From positions 131,564,001-131,628,000 of the forward strand of contig OX597817.1 of NCBI GenBank assembly GCA_951406725.2: DNA of 64,000 nt. The letters run 5' to 3'. The notes beneath the pieces are model-generated. The model was not told where the DNA came from and did no database searches. It was given only the letters and a program-made list of their open reading frames with translations. The translations under genes were made by a program, and so were the position numbers. Position 1 is the stretch's first letter. Each line of letters opens with the position of its first letter. Origin of the DNA: Octopus vulgaris. Its lineage: Eukaryota. Shown in pieces: positions 13,778-30,580 of this stretch.

Positions 13778-14219
13778 TGTATACGAGAGAGAGATGGAGA
13801 GTGGGAGAGAGAGGTGTAAAGAGGCACATAACTTCTTTTAAATATATGTATGCATGCGTGAGACTGTATACAATCAAATGTGTACAAATAGATCGATCAA
13901 TCGATATATCGGCCTTTAGATCAATAAACAGTTAAATATATAGACTGACATTTCTATATATACAACCATAAATGCATACATTCGCGCACAAACGCACACA
14001 CGCTCACAAGTACTCACAAATATGCATACACACGTACATACATATACACACGTACATACATATACACACATACATACGTACATACATATATTGAGAGAGG
14101 GTGGGCGGGAGAGAGAGAGGGTGAGAGAGACGCATATAAAGATGAATGTATGTATCTATAAAATATGAAATTATTGCACAAACACAGAGAAATACATACA
14201 TACACACACACACATTCAG

Positions 14220-16859
<2,640 letters not shown>

Positions 16860-16860
<1 letters not shown>

Positions 16861-17069
16861 TCTCTCTTCTGCGGCCATGCTGGGGCACAGCGATGAAGAA
16901 CTTTTGTCGAACAAATCAACTCCCAATACGTATTCTTTATATAATCCAGGCACTTAATACCGAACCTCCTAAGTTACGGAGACGTAAATAAACCCACACC
17001 GGTGGCAGGGGACGATCACAAACGCACACACACGTATACATACATACACATACACGCGCGCGCGCACAC

Positions 17070-17147
<78 letters not shown>

Positions 17148-17319
17148 GCGTGGCTGTGTAGTAAGGAGCTTGCTTCCCAACCACATGATCCCAGGTTCAG
17201 TCCTACTGTGTTGCACCTTGGGCAAGTGTCTTCTGCTATAGCCTCGGGCCGACCAAAAGCTTGTAAGACGGAAACTGAAAGAAGCCCGTCGTATGTATAT
17301 ATATATATATATAAATATA

Positions 17320-17356
<37 letters not shown>

Positions 17357-17490
17357 TTGTCACCCCCATCACCACTACCATCGATTGACAACCGGTGTGG
17401 ATGTGTTAACGTCCCCGTAACTTAGTGGTTCGGCAAAAGGGTCCGATGGAATATATATATATATATATTTATATATACGTATATATATGC

Positions 17491-17578
<88 letters not shown>

Positions 17579-17728
17579 TATATGACTGGGGTTTTTTCAG
17601 TTTCCTTTCACAAGGCTTTTGTCGGCCCGGGGCTATAGTAGAAGACGCTTATCCAAGATGCTACGCAGGGGGATTGAACCCGGAACCATGTGGTTGAGAA
17701 GTAAACTTCTTAACTGCAGCTATGCCTG
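16860..17728 (-). mobile_element. SINE B copy (minus) with a plus-strand SINE B (17146-17450) nested in its microsatellite
   Basis: Minus-strand tail at 16860-17010 and minus-strand head at 17590-17728 bracket an oppositely oriented copy. Confidence 0.75.
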
Positions 17729-17773
17729 GCCATAGTAACACAAACATCTTACTTCATTTCTCCCGATCGCAAA

Positions 17774-17830
<57 letters not shown>

Positions 17831-17839
17831 CTCTCTCTT

Positions 17840-17904
<65 letters not shown>

Positions 17905-17905
17905 T

Positions 17906-17936
<31 letters not shown>

Positions 17937-18386
17937 GTCTCTGTCTTTTGGTCTCTTCCTCTCTGTCTCTCTCGCTCTCTCACTGTCTCTCTCCCCCTCT
18001 CGTTTTCTCAGTCTTCCTCTTGCTACTCCTCTGAACCTTCGTTACTAACTCATCACTTCATATCAACAAGTGTTACGGTGATAGCAACAGCGAAGCTAAT
18101 GGACGGGGGAATCCCCGAAATGATGGAATCCTCAAACACATTAGTTTCGTTCTGTTCAGCCTCTCTTTCACCCACCCATACACGCACAGTCGTCTAAGCC
18201 AACGAAGGTATTCGAAGGCGGTCACTGGATTGGCTAGAAATAGCAGTCACATCTCCATCAAAGCACAGATCAGTTTTAAAAATAGATATATCGAATAACA
18301 TAGTAGTTGAATTGCTCCCTTGGCGGTCATAATTGGAAATAACAACATAAACACGCATACACAATGACAAACATGCACACACGCAA

Positions 18387-18433
<47 letters not shown>

Positions 18434-18687
18434 TGCATAAACCTATATATATAGACACATACAATATAGAGGTAGCAGTCATACGTACAAGCCTACAATG
18501 ACGCAGGAAGATGGTCACTGGATCTGCTAGAAATAGCAACCAAATCTCCATCAAAACGCATACTTAGCATCTTAAGGAGACATTTCATAAAGATACATTG
18601 TTCCTGAATATAGGGAGGCGTGGCGACAAGTGGACCTTCACGGTTGACAATGGGTTAAACATAAAAATCAACATACATATACATCCG

Positions 18688-19166
<479 letters not shown>

Positions 19167-19525
19167 AATGGATATAACTTTGCTTACACATTCACACACA
19201 ACTTCCGGTAAATATTCAATGTGGTTAAAATGGTCTACCTTTTTGTTAAAGTAAATTCCCCTAAAAGCAAAAGTAAATTGCGGAAGTGACGACAGTAACA
19301 TCCCATAATTTCACGAAGACGCTGAATGTAACACTCTCTTATCCTCTTGCGTATTAGTTGAAATATACGGTAGGATGAAATAGTTCTTTCCAAAAAAGGA
19401 ATTGGTTCGTATTATCCGAATGAATACGAAGGATCGAAGTCATTGCTTCCCATCGGTTCTTTTTTTCCACAGGTCATCAATCGTGCTGGAATATAGCATT
19501 GTTCACATGTAACTGTGGTGACTAT

Positions 19526-19935
19526 CACTCCTTTCTACTATATGCACAAGGCTGGAAACTTTGGGGAAGGGGCCAGTCGATTACATCGACCTTAATACGC
19601 AACTGGTACTTAATTTATCGACCCCATAAAGATAAAAGGCAAAGTCGACCTCGGCGGAATTTGAACTCAGAACGTAAAGACAGACGAAATACCTATTTCT
19701 ATTTCTTTACTACCCACAAGGGGCTAAACACAGAGAGGACAAACAAGGACAGACAGACGGATTAAGTCGATTATATCGACCCCAGTGCGTAACTTGTACA
19801 TATTTAATCGACCCACCCCGAAAGGATGAAAGGCAAAGTCGACCTCGGCGGAATTTGAACTCACAACGTTACGACAGACGAAATACGGCTACGCATTTCG
19901 CCCGGCGTGCTAACGATTCTGCCAGCTCGCTGCCT
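19526..19935 (-). mobile_element. SINE A composite (tail 1 copy joined to tail 2 copy) with 12-bp TSD
   Basis: TGTGGTGACTAT at 19514-19525 and 19936-19947; internal junction near 19693. Confidence 0.92.
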
Positions 19936-20139
19936 TGTGGTGACTATGATTCAAACCACTGAATCACCTTCTCAGAAGTGTCCGTGCAGGCTATCGTATA
20001 TTGGAACGGTGTCCTTCAGTTAAAATTTCTGAAATACTTAACACATCATAGGAATTTAATACATTTGCAGGTGGCTGTGAATGTGACATAGCGAGGGAAT
20101 TCTTTATATACTTTGATGGAATTTTTTTTATGTCACTCT

Positions 20140-20331
20140 CAGTGCCGGATTCTTGACAAATGAGGCCCTGTGCTAGTTAAGTTATGAAGCCCCTTACCTG
20201 GACAGTCAGACATATATGCTCAAGAAATTCATTGTAAAAGATTTTAGGGGCAGAAGAGAGGCCCGCACCCACCCTGGTCAACGGGGCGCTGTGCTTTAGC
20301 ACACCTAAGTATAATGGTAAATCCGACACTA
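20140..20331. mobile_element. hAT-type MITE
   Basis: TIRs CAGTGCCGGATT / AATCCGACACTA; imperfect 8-bp TSD GTCACTCT / GTTTCTCT. Confidence 0.7.
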
Positions 20332-20557
20332 GTTTCTCTCGTCACTTCCGCTTTCTGTCACAATTTACTTCCGCATTCTTAGGACAATTCTCTTGCACTG
20401 TTTACCAAGCTAAACTACAGAGAAAGCCAGCATTTTCTTCATATGATACATTTGAACCTTATTCTTCGTGCTTGCTTAAATCACATAGCTATAAATTCAT
20501 AGCACCGACTGCCTACAAAGTCGTTGTGCACACTCAATGCTGAAATATCTCGCTTTG

Positions 20558-20778
20558 TCCTTTAGCATTCGGATTCCCCTGTCAAATGTAATGCTTATTT
20601 ATTCACATTGTTTTGAATTAATCATACATTATCTCATACCTTTGAGATTTTGATGACTTGAATGTTTATTTTCTAGAATGACAATGAAGGGTAGGTGTGA
20701 GAGGCTGGATCTGGTCAGTCTGAATATAAAACAGGTGCAATATTTCGGCCCGATATAGCCAGTTTGAATGCCAAATGG
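20558..20778. mobile_element. Decayed piggyBac-type MITE
   Basis: Ends CCTTTAGCATTC / GAATGCCAAATGG followed by TTAG (TTAA-like). Confidence 0.55.
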
Positions 20779-21695
20779 TTAGCTAAACTAATATTGTAGT
20801 AAAGATTATTTGCCAACATAACATGGCAGTCCTGGTTTAGGACGAATGTTGCTGTAATTTAGCCCCAGGAGACATCGTCTGCAGCTGGCTATGCGACATG
20901 ATCTGTGTCCTTGAACGCTATGTTGGCAAATAATCTTTACTCGAAAGTACTGTTGCTGAATATCTCTTGTTGTGAGATTTACAAATAGTAATTTTCTAAT
21001 ATTGTACTGTTCCACTTCATGTTACTCTATCCAGTTATAGCTAGCGGCTTTTATAAAACAGCTATTATTCTTTGCTTGGTCCTGAATTCAAATCTCACCG
21101 CGGGCAAATTTGCTCTTCATCCTTTCGAAGTTGATAAGACATTGTAATGTAACAGCCAAGAACCGGGAACGGTGAAATCAACCTACTCCTAGGGACAACA
21201 AAAGAGGGTTCTGGGTGTACGTATGTATGTACGTACGTATGTATGTATGTTTTATGTACATATATATGTGTAGGTGAATGCATGTATGTATATATATATA
21301 TGAAAACACACGCACACAAACACACGCACACACACATACACACAAACACGCACACAAACACATACATACATATGAATCTAAAAAGAATACAAGGGGGATT
21401 TAAATTTCATTGATACATTCATAGCATTAATCCACCATCCTCTAGCTAGGTGCTTATGTTATGATATCTAGCTAGTCCCGGCGGGCGAAATTTTTTCCCA
21501 CGAGTGTTCCGGACCCCAGTCATGCACTCATTTGCATACAGCCAACCAGAGCTCAACTAGTGTCCACCAAGTCACGAAAATACTCTGGTAGAGTTCAGTG
21601 GAAAATGTGCGTTCTAGCAAAATCTAACTGTTCCATATACGATCTCACCATCTATACATTATATGGTTAAATGAAGAATTGTCTTTCGTATAACA

Positions 21696-21745
21696 ACGGC
21701 TGACGAAGTGAATGGTCACCGAAAATTCTTGATGTCTCTTACCGT
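21696..21745 (+). ncRNA. Candidate type I hammerhead ribozyme
   Basis: ACGG-CUGACGA-A-GUGA-AUGG-UCAC-C-GAAA-A..U-UA-CCGU; core intact, 4-bp stems I and II. Confidence 0.55.
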
Positions 21746-22164
21746 ATGTATGTAGGAGGAGGCGGTGTAAGAAAAAGAACAAGCAAAAAGTGAGTTTTTA
21801 ACAATACGAAAAGATACCTTGAGTAACTTTTGCACATTCCAGGCACAACCGCTCATCAGCAGAAGTATTCGACGTTTAAAAATATGAGTTTATGTAAATC
21901 CTACTGTTTAGATTATCGACAGGATCTACGTTACTCCAGATCTCTAAACACTGAATACATCGGATAATAGAGGTTTGTGCCTAATAATAAAGATTACTTA
22001 ATTTTTCTTCTTGATCGTTCTTCCATTTTTGTATCACATGTCCTTCAAACATATAACAAAGATCTTCCTAAATATAAGTGAACTGAACCCACTTATGTTA
22101 TTCTTCAAGCTTCCTTCTCCTCCTTATCTCCTTTCCTCTCTTCCTAGATTCTCCAGAACTTTTG

Positions 22165-22205
22165 TCATTTATCTGAAGAAGAACTATGTCCGAAACGTAA
22201 TATGA
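22165..22205 (+). ncRNA. Minimal hammerhead motif (Penelope type)
   Basis: UAU-CUGAAGA-A-GAAC-UAU-GUCC-GAAA-CG-UA-AUA; palindromic ACGU replaces stem III. Confidence 0.55.
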
Positions 22206-22495
22206 TTTCTCTTTCCTTTATTCACTGAGCGGCGAATTTATGATATTGGCTGCGAACTCCTCTTGCACTTTTACTGCCTTTTTCGTTTACACACTGTTTT
22301 GGAGTGAACTGATACCCCTGCACATGACTGCCAGTTGACTGGACGAATCTTTAAATTGATGAGCCAGTAGCCAGTTGAGGTCGAGCAGTGTGAGCGTTAT
22401 TCTTGTTATTGATTCTGCATTGGAACAATTAGATAAGCAACTCTTGTTACATTGCTTAGTGTTATACGGTTATACGTGTACTGTGATGTACTGTT

Positions 22496-22584
<89 letters not shown>

Positions 22585-22739
22585 TCACTGACGATACAAC
22601 ACATGCACACATACACACACATGTACGTATGCATATGTATGTATGCGCACAACAATATGCATATGTATAAATGTGTGTGTGTGTACGTGTGTGTGTAACA
22701 GGATATGTATGCGAGCATGCGAATGCATGTGTTGTGTGT

Positions 22740-22910
22740 ATCTTTGTTTGTCCCTCACCAGTGCTTGATAACTGGTGTTAGTTTGTTTACGTCCCCGCAA
22801 AATATTCCGATACGATAAGTAACAGGGCTCGATTTGTTTCACTAAATCTCTTCAAACTGGTGCTCCAGCATGGCCGCGGTCTAATGACATTGACAAGTAA
22901 AGGACAAAAG
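22740..22910 (+). mobile_element. SINE B 3' half
   Basis: GTTTACGTCCCCG..GGTGCTCCAGCATGGCCGC..ACAAGTAAA. Confidence 0.75.
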
Positions 22911-23057
22911 ATTCCTATTTGCATTTGCGCGTGAAGCCGAACGCAACGACGAGTTTCTTGCGCCCGCACATGTTTCCTAAACATTCTCCTACAATCGCCG
23001 TCACAGCACTTCAAGGATCAAACGACAGCATACGCCTACACACTGGCACACATACAA

Positions 23058-23134
<77 letters not shown>

Positions 23135-23497
23135 TACACAAATACGCCCTCTACACATACACGAACACACGCACTTATGCACAAATACACACACACACAC
23201 ACACACACCTACGCGTACACACGCTCATTTGCATGTTGTTATGCGTAGATTCGTACAACGTGCGGATGCATAGATGTCGATCACACAGCTCATGCGCGCG
23301 CGCCCACACACACACACACACATGCAGACACATGCAGACACACACACACACATACACAAAATCCCGAACGCGCATATACACACACACACATCACATGCAC
23401 AAGAACACAGAGGCACACACGAGTACACATGCGCACACGACACAGCAACGCTTGTAAACAGAGTCACTGACATGCCTGCTGACACGCCATACAAACC

Positions 23498-23561
<64 letters not shown>

Positions 23562-24115
23562 TTCCTGCACATACGCTTACTTGGCCTAATTTTTTCCTGC
23601 TTTCTCTCGCACATACACACACAATGACACACATCAGCCCATCTGTATTCTCTCCCCTTTTCCCTCAACCTCTTCTATGTTCTATTCCCCACATTCATAC
23701 ATATACACAGATACACATATAAATGCATACACGCTACTGTGTACGCTGTGAAACATTTCAACACACCTATACTCTCCCCGCCTCTACTTCTCCTTCTTCG
23801 ATTTTGTGTGATACACACATATAACACGCAGTCGCATAATTACGGATAATTTCCCTCACACACATATATGAGCACGCAGATATATACACACGAACATACA
23901 CTCAAAGGGTCATACACGGAAGAAACACGCAAACGCACACACAATCGCATATATACACTCACTCACACTCATATAGGCAAACGCACACAAACACACCATC
24001 AATATACATACAAACACACACCACAGACTCACGTAGAATACACAAACAACGAAAATAGTCTCTTTTTCTCCCTCTTTCTCTCCCTCTTTCTCTCTATCTG
24101 CCCGTCTCCCTCTCT

Positions 24116-24187
24116 TACGTACACACATACACTCGTACGTACACACATACACTCGTACGTACACACATACACTCGTACGTACACACA
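24116..24187. repeat. 20-bp tandem repeat x3.5
   Basis: Perfect ACACACATACACTCGTACGT units. Confidence 0.95.
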
Positions 24188-24441
24188 CTTCTCCATGAAC
24201 TCACTAACAGAAATATATAGAAAAGACTGCGATGCTAATTCAAAATTGCTTGAAATAGCAGCCAATGTCCTTAAACACACGTTATATTGTTTTAAAATAA
24301 AAAAAATCCCTCTCTGGACAACGTATTTTAAAGGTATAACACAAGTGCGATGTGATGGTCAAGGGTGGAACACATCAGATCATACAGCTGATCAATAACA
24401 TTATCCACAACAGCTGGTCAATAACAGTATCAATAATAAGC

Positions 24442-24492
<51 letters not shown>

Positions 24493-24803
24493 CTACCCAG
24501 TCAATAATTGAATGGACGGAGACTAGGTCTTGTTGCTGTATATTTACCTGGGTACAACCAAGGTAAAAACGGCCGCGACAGACAGGTAGTGCGCGCGCAT
24601 GTGCGTGTGTATGTACGTATGCATGTGTGTATGTATGTAAGTATGTATACATATATGCATGTATGTTTGTATGTATGTATCTATATATATGTATGTATGA
24701 AGAAAAGAAATGTATTTCAACACAGGAAGGAATATTGGAGTTGGTTTTGGGAAACGAAAATCTATCTGTATCTTGAAAAGTGTAGTCGCTTTTAAAATTT
24801 TAT

Positions 24804-24854
<51 letters not shown>

Positions 24855-24958
24855 ACATATATTTATATATTATTTATATTATTATATGATCGAACGCCAC
24901 GCATCTGTTTCGAAGTAAGCTTTATCTATCTACCTATCTTTATCTGTCTACCTATCTA

Positions 24959-25034
<76 letters not shown>

Positions 25035-25118
25035 CATCTATCTATCCATCTATCCATCTATCCATCTATCTATCTATCTATATATCTACCTACCTACCAA
25101 TCTATCTATCTATCTATC

Positions 25119-25191
<73 letters not shown>

Positions 25192-25208
25192 ATCCATCCA
25201 TCTATCTA

Positions 25209-25247
<39 letters not shown>

Positions 25248-25331
25248 TTTATCTTTTACTTGTTTCAGTTAATGGACTGCAGCCATGATGGAGCAACAGT
25301 TTAAAATCCCCCAATACGTTTATAGAAATAC

Positions 25332-25385
<54 letters not shown>

Positions 25386-25541
25386 GCACACAGGGAATAG
25401 AGCGAGAGAGAGAGAGAGGGCGAGAGAGAGAGGGCGCGAGAGATATAGACATCGTTACACACAGACATACACGCAGGCTCACTTGCATAAATATAAATTC
25501 ACATATTCTGACATACAGTTAGATAGATAGATAGATATTGA

Positions 25542-25576
<35 letters not shown>

Positions 25577-25759
25577 AAAATCAATAACAGAAACTGAGGT
25601 TTGAACTAAGCGCATTACAGCATCGACTTTTGCTGCTCTGATGACGATAATTACAGTCAGTGGAGAGAAGGTGACGTTTGCAATATCGTTACAGTGTGTG
25701 TGTGTGTGGTTTGGGAAGCGGAATTATTGAACAGTATGAGTGAGTTGTTAACCCACATG

Positions 25760-25800
<41 letters not shown>

Positions 25801-25817
25801 GTGTGTATATGTAATAT

Positions 25818-26027
25818 TTTCTACTGGAAGCACAAGGCCAGAAGTTTGGGAGAAGGGATTAAGTCGATTACATCGACGCCAGTGCGTAACTGGTACTAAT
25901 TTTATCGATCCGAAAAGATGAAAGGCAAAGTCAACCTCGGCGGAATTTGAACTCAGAACGTAGCGGCAGACGAAATACGGCTACGCATTTTGTCCGGCGT
26001 GCTAACGATTCTGCCAGCTCGCCGCCT
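25818..26027 (-). mobile_element. SINE A, tail type 2
   Basis: Family A body with a ..GGCCTTGTGC..AGTAGAAA tail as at 19526-19580. Confidence 0.88.
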
Positions 26028-26649
26028 TGCATGTGAAAAATATTATATACATATATAAAGTTTAAAAATACACTGAAAATATTATTTTTTTTTTTAATTG
26101 TGAATTACCTTTTGAGAAAATGTGTGTTTCTATGTGTGCGTGTGCGCGCGCGTGCCAAGTTGTAGGCATGCACTACATAAAAAATTACAACCTGTGGCCT
26201 GTTTGGAACCCCGGTGACTAAGCCTGCAGTTCACCAGGTTAACCTTACCAGGAGGGCAGTAGAAGACCCAGCAAGCTAGAAACAACATTTGTTTAAAAGG
26301 ACTAAACATAAACCTAACATAGTACTAACAATTATCTAGTAACTGTCTGGTGGACACGAACATTTCAAACTTGATGGGTTGGACGCTCATTGCTATTGAC
26401 CAGCATGTAGGTGTATCATGTGGGGCATGAAATTTCATGTGCAAGACAACGTTGGGATTCAGTAGCTGAGCAGGCGTCAGAGTAAATCCATGTAGCGAAA
26501 GAGAGTACTGTTCACTTGGTCTCAGTAACGGTTCGGGAATTAGGGAAACAAATACTACATGACTTTTTTGTCTGACCAGTTTAATACAACTGATGAAGGT
26601 CCACTTTGCACTCGAGAAAACAAGAAGGGAGTTCGACACTACAGCATTT

Positions 26650-27195
26650 TTCCAGCCTTGATATTGGTTCATCTGGGACCTTGAATGATAGGAGGTGAAG
26701 TTGTTTCTTGAAAGCATCTACCCCTACTCCATAAAGATCCCTCAGTTGTTTTGGCACGGCGTTAAATAGCTGTGGGTCCTTGAATCACAAGCTATTGCAG
26801 TACGTGGCCTTCACTCTAGACGCGATAACTGTCGACCTTTGCAATAGTGCAGTGACGTCCATTTCGGTGGCTGGTAGAGCTCTGGATATTAAAGTTTCGT
26901 GCCAGCCCTTCCATGATCTTCCATACGTATATCACTGCATACTTGTCCCTTCTTCGGTGCAGGGAGTAGAGTCGTGTCTCTTTCAGTCTCTCTCAGTAGC
27001 TCAGTTTTTCCGTCGATACATTCTTCCTGGTGTAGCACTGCTGAACAGCCTCAAGTTCTGCTATTACTAATAATTCGGCACTGTAGTGCGGCCACAGTTG
27101 AGAGCAGAAGTCTAGACATCTGAGGACAAATGTCCTTCATAGAACCAGCATAGTTTCCTGGGACCTTGTTCTGAAGATTCTCAGAACCCATAACT
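26650..27195 (-). pseudogene. CR1-like LINE ORF2 C-terminal fragment
   Basis: WVLRIFRTR..LDFCSQLW..ELEAVQ..LSY*ERLK..LYSLHRRR..YVWKIMEG..PQLFNAVPKQLRDL..VPDEP. Confidence 0.85.
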
Positions 27196-27199
27196 GTTC

Positions 27200-27460
27200 G
27201 ATATTCTTCTAAACAAACTCAGAGATTTGCGAGGTGTAGAGTAAGGGATCTTCAAAGAGCGTCTGTACAAATTTTTATCTAGGATATCAAGTGATTCTAT
27301 ATCGTGGGTGGAGGCACAGACAAAAGAAATTCCATCCAACTCGCTGCTTCAACAGAAACAGTATTAAAAAAAGAAACCCAAACTCAAACACTCTGAAAGG
27401 CGGTGCTCCAGCATAGACACCGCCTCCAGCTGAAACCAGTAGAGGTTAAAAGACAAAAGA
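27200..27460 (+). mobile_element. 3' end of a second CR1-like LINE
   Basis: LRDLRGV..FKERL.KFLS..SNSLL followed by tail AAAGGCGGTGCTCCAGCAT..CTGAAACCAGTA..AAAAGA. Confidence 0.7.
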
Positions 27461-28249
27461 TTCAATAAAAAAACAAACTTAAACCGGTCTTTTTATGAGG
27501 CAACCGTTCCAAATATTCTTGGAACTGCGTTTCTGCCGACATACTGTCTTCTTTTAATGATTACGAAACACGATATGCAATCTGTATAGATCTTCACGAT
27601 GTTTCAAACATCGAAGAATGTTTTCCAAGCAGTGTACGTTTTATGGTGTCAAATAACTTGCCGAAATTGAGATTTACGATAACATTGATTGTTCTTGTAT
27701 TTCTTAACAAATGCATAAAAGCTTTTCGTATTTCATTTGATTTGATTTTCTCTCTTATTGCCTTTAACCATTCTCTGTTCCTCATGTCATCAATGACAAT
27801 CCCATTCGTATGTTCCGGCGGGAATTTTATAGTCTTTCCGCTGTTTGCTCAGTTTTAATGTTTGGATTGGACAAGCAATGGCTGTATTTAATTTTGATGA
27901 TCCTCGAGTTAATCTTCTTGACGTAGCGAGTTCCTGGAAGGTGATTTCCCGACAATGTCTCCAGTGTGTTTGCATTTCCTTTTATTTATTTTGTTATTGA
28001 ATTATTTAACGGGTGCGGAACAACGGTCTCGGTCATTGTAAGAAATGGACAACCTTCAATGATAACCTGTACAAATGATTTCGGCTTTTCTCCATAGAAC
28101 TGAATTGATGAAAGAATTTTATGGACAATAAAATGGAACTCGCAGATTAGGTTATTTAGTTATCGCCGATAAGACAGCGTGGAACGTCAAAGAAAGATTA
28201 GAGAAACACATACACTCACACACACAACACACACACACACACACGCACG

Positions 28250-28338
<89 letters not shown>

Positions 28339-28847
28339 ACATGCATATAATAAAGATTTCTATGTGGTATGCTCATATATCTTCGCCGCCACTGGTTTCA
28401 TAATTTAAGTTAATTAAATATACAAGATAAATGAGAGAATCTTAAAGGCCAGTCATGTTTATTATACAGCCTCGTCGACTACAAAAGAAAGATGGACAGG
28501 ACGTTGCTGTTTCTTGTATGGTACCTTTCGTCACGGCTGACGAAAGGTTAAAAACTAAAATTTACGTAGTCATATCAATGTTTCACTCACTGTGTACGTT
28601 TATGTCGTGTAATAAATGACTGATTTTTACGATTGGTTCAAATATCTTGTAAAGTTAATTAATACTTTTGATTAAATCATGAAACCATTAGTGGCTAAAA
28701 TCTTTGAGAAATCCTCAAATTAATTTAAGAATGAAAATTAAACACTGCCAGCATATCGGTAATGGATACAGGGTCTCTATAAATTATCCCTTCAACGTCC
28801 ACATATCTATATTCCAAATTGTAAATGAACACATTTTTCTCGCTCTA

Positions 28848-28915
<68 letters not shown>

Positions 28916-28987
28916 CTTCGGATTTTATAAGTATGCTAGGGCACTGGTTTAAATTAATATTAATAATATTAATTTCTATCCTAATTA

Positions 28988-29040
<53 letters not shown>

Positions 29041-29204
29041 AAAGACTTGTTTTATTTATATTTCCTGAGCGCCATACTAATACAATTGTTCGTTTGTTTT
29101 CCACCTGCCTTCGTCTTTTGTTTATTTCATAAAGCTTCCCGTTATATATATATATATGTATATATGGGATGATAGATATGAGGTATATATAAATTATATT
29201 TTAG

Positions 29205-29382
29205 TTTCAAATTTTGGCACAAGGCCAGTCAATTCCATCAACCCCTATTGCGCTTTTTATTGACTCCGAGGGATGAAAGGAAATGTTGACCTTGGTGGAA
29301 TTTGAGCTCCGAACGTAAGTTGCATGCGGATGTCGCTAAGCATTTTGTCCAGTGCGCTAACGATTCTGCTAGCTCGGCGCCT
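29205..29382 (-). mobile_element. Diverged SINE A
   Basis: Family A head and body in reverse complement. Confidence 0.75.
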
Positions 29383-29497
29383 TAGAGATTAACTATATAT
29401 TAAGAAAAATATACAGTTATGGTCGTGAGAATAAACTCTGATAGTCATCTACTTGAATTTCTGAAACAAGAAGCTTTAAGTAGTAAAACACGAATGC

Positions 29498-29542
<45 letters not shown>

Positions 29543-29815
29543 TGCACACATATGTACAAATGCACACACACATGCACTATCGCATGGGGGGGAATACCTG
29601 GAAAAGGCCGAGGAACTGTGCGACAATTAAAACACATTGGTTTTGGCTCTGATGCTAAACACGTTAAACTTCCACCGTCTCTTGTACACAGATGTTGTCC
29701 GCATCCGGGGATGGATTATGATGTAATACAAATATGCAGCAGTAATAAGAAGAAAGAACATTGGCATTACACGGTGCTCTTTAATTCCAATTCTTACCTA
29801 TGTTTCAGTATCCAT

Positions 29816-30049
29816 CACGGCAGCACATGATGTAAGACTATAGATACAACTAGCAAATGCAGCATATAGGGCCAACATGGCTCAAACTCATGTTCAGACA
29901 ATCAAGAAAGAAATACACGTTAGAGGTAAGAGGCAGTAAATTTGGTTACCTCTAACCTGTATTCATTTTTCGAATGTCTGACGATGTGTCTTCCTCACGT
30001 TGGCCTTATAACTGGTTGCATCTGTAGTGTGACGTCAAGTGTTGCCGTG
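29816..30049. mobile_element. Decayed foldback/MITE-like palindrome
   Basis: CACGGCAGCAC/GTGTTGCCGTG, CTATAGATACAACTAG/CTGGTTGCATCTGTAG and GTTAGAGGTAA/TTACCTCTAAC are nested symmetrically. Confidence 0.75.
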
Positions 30050-30580
30050 CCAAATACTCCGGCTAAATACTCTATCAGTCACGACAATGAGGGTCCCAGT
30101 TGATCTGGTCAACGGAACAGCTTGCTCGTGAAATTAACGTACAAGTGGCTGAGCACTCCACAGACATGTGTACCCTTAATGTAGTTCTCAGGGAGATTTA
30201 GTGAAGAAAAACATCTTGTTTTGTTCATCCTGTGGATCTTGAGTTCTTACACATTTATATTGTCCAAGATGTTGTAATCACTTGTAGTGTATAAATTAAG
30301 GACTTTTATTCTCTCTCCATGATATCAAGTTCAGCCATGCTCTGCTCCAGATATGATACGTGTCTTGTTACTGCAATAATAAGTGTATCACGGACGCTGG
30401 GTCTGCAAATGGTCCCCAGAGGGCAGCATATTTCCACAGCAGAACATATTTTTTCCTTGTGGTCCCACACAATATCTGGTCAAGTGTTTTAACTTGATGG
30501 CCGTTTAAATGATGATGATGATGATGATGATGATGCCGACGACGACGACGACGACGATGACGATGATGATGATGATGATG

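Noticed and set aside
26650-27460. Twin-priming inversion of one CR1 insertion
   Set aside because: The two oppositely oriented pieces overlap in coding position (LRDL region) and differ in sequence, so they are separate copies
28523-28560. Hammerhead at CTGACGA
   Set aside because: No GAAA or stem II; it is simply an 11-bp hairpin. CTGATGA near 6394, 25638 and 26590 also lacks the remaining elements
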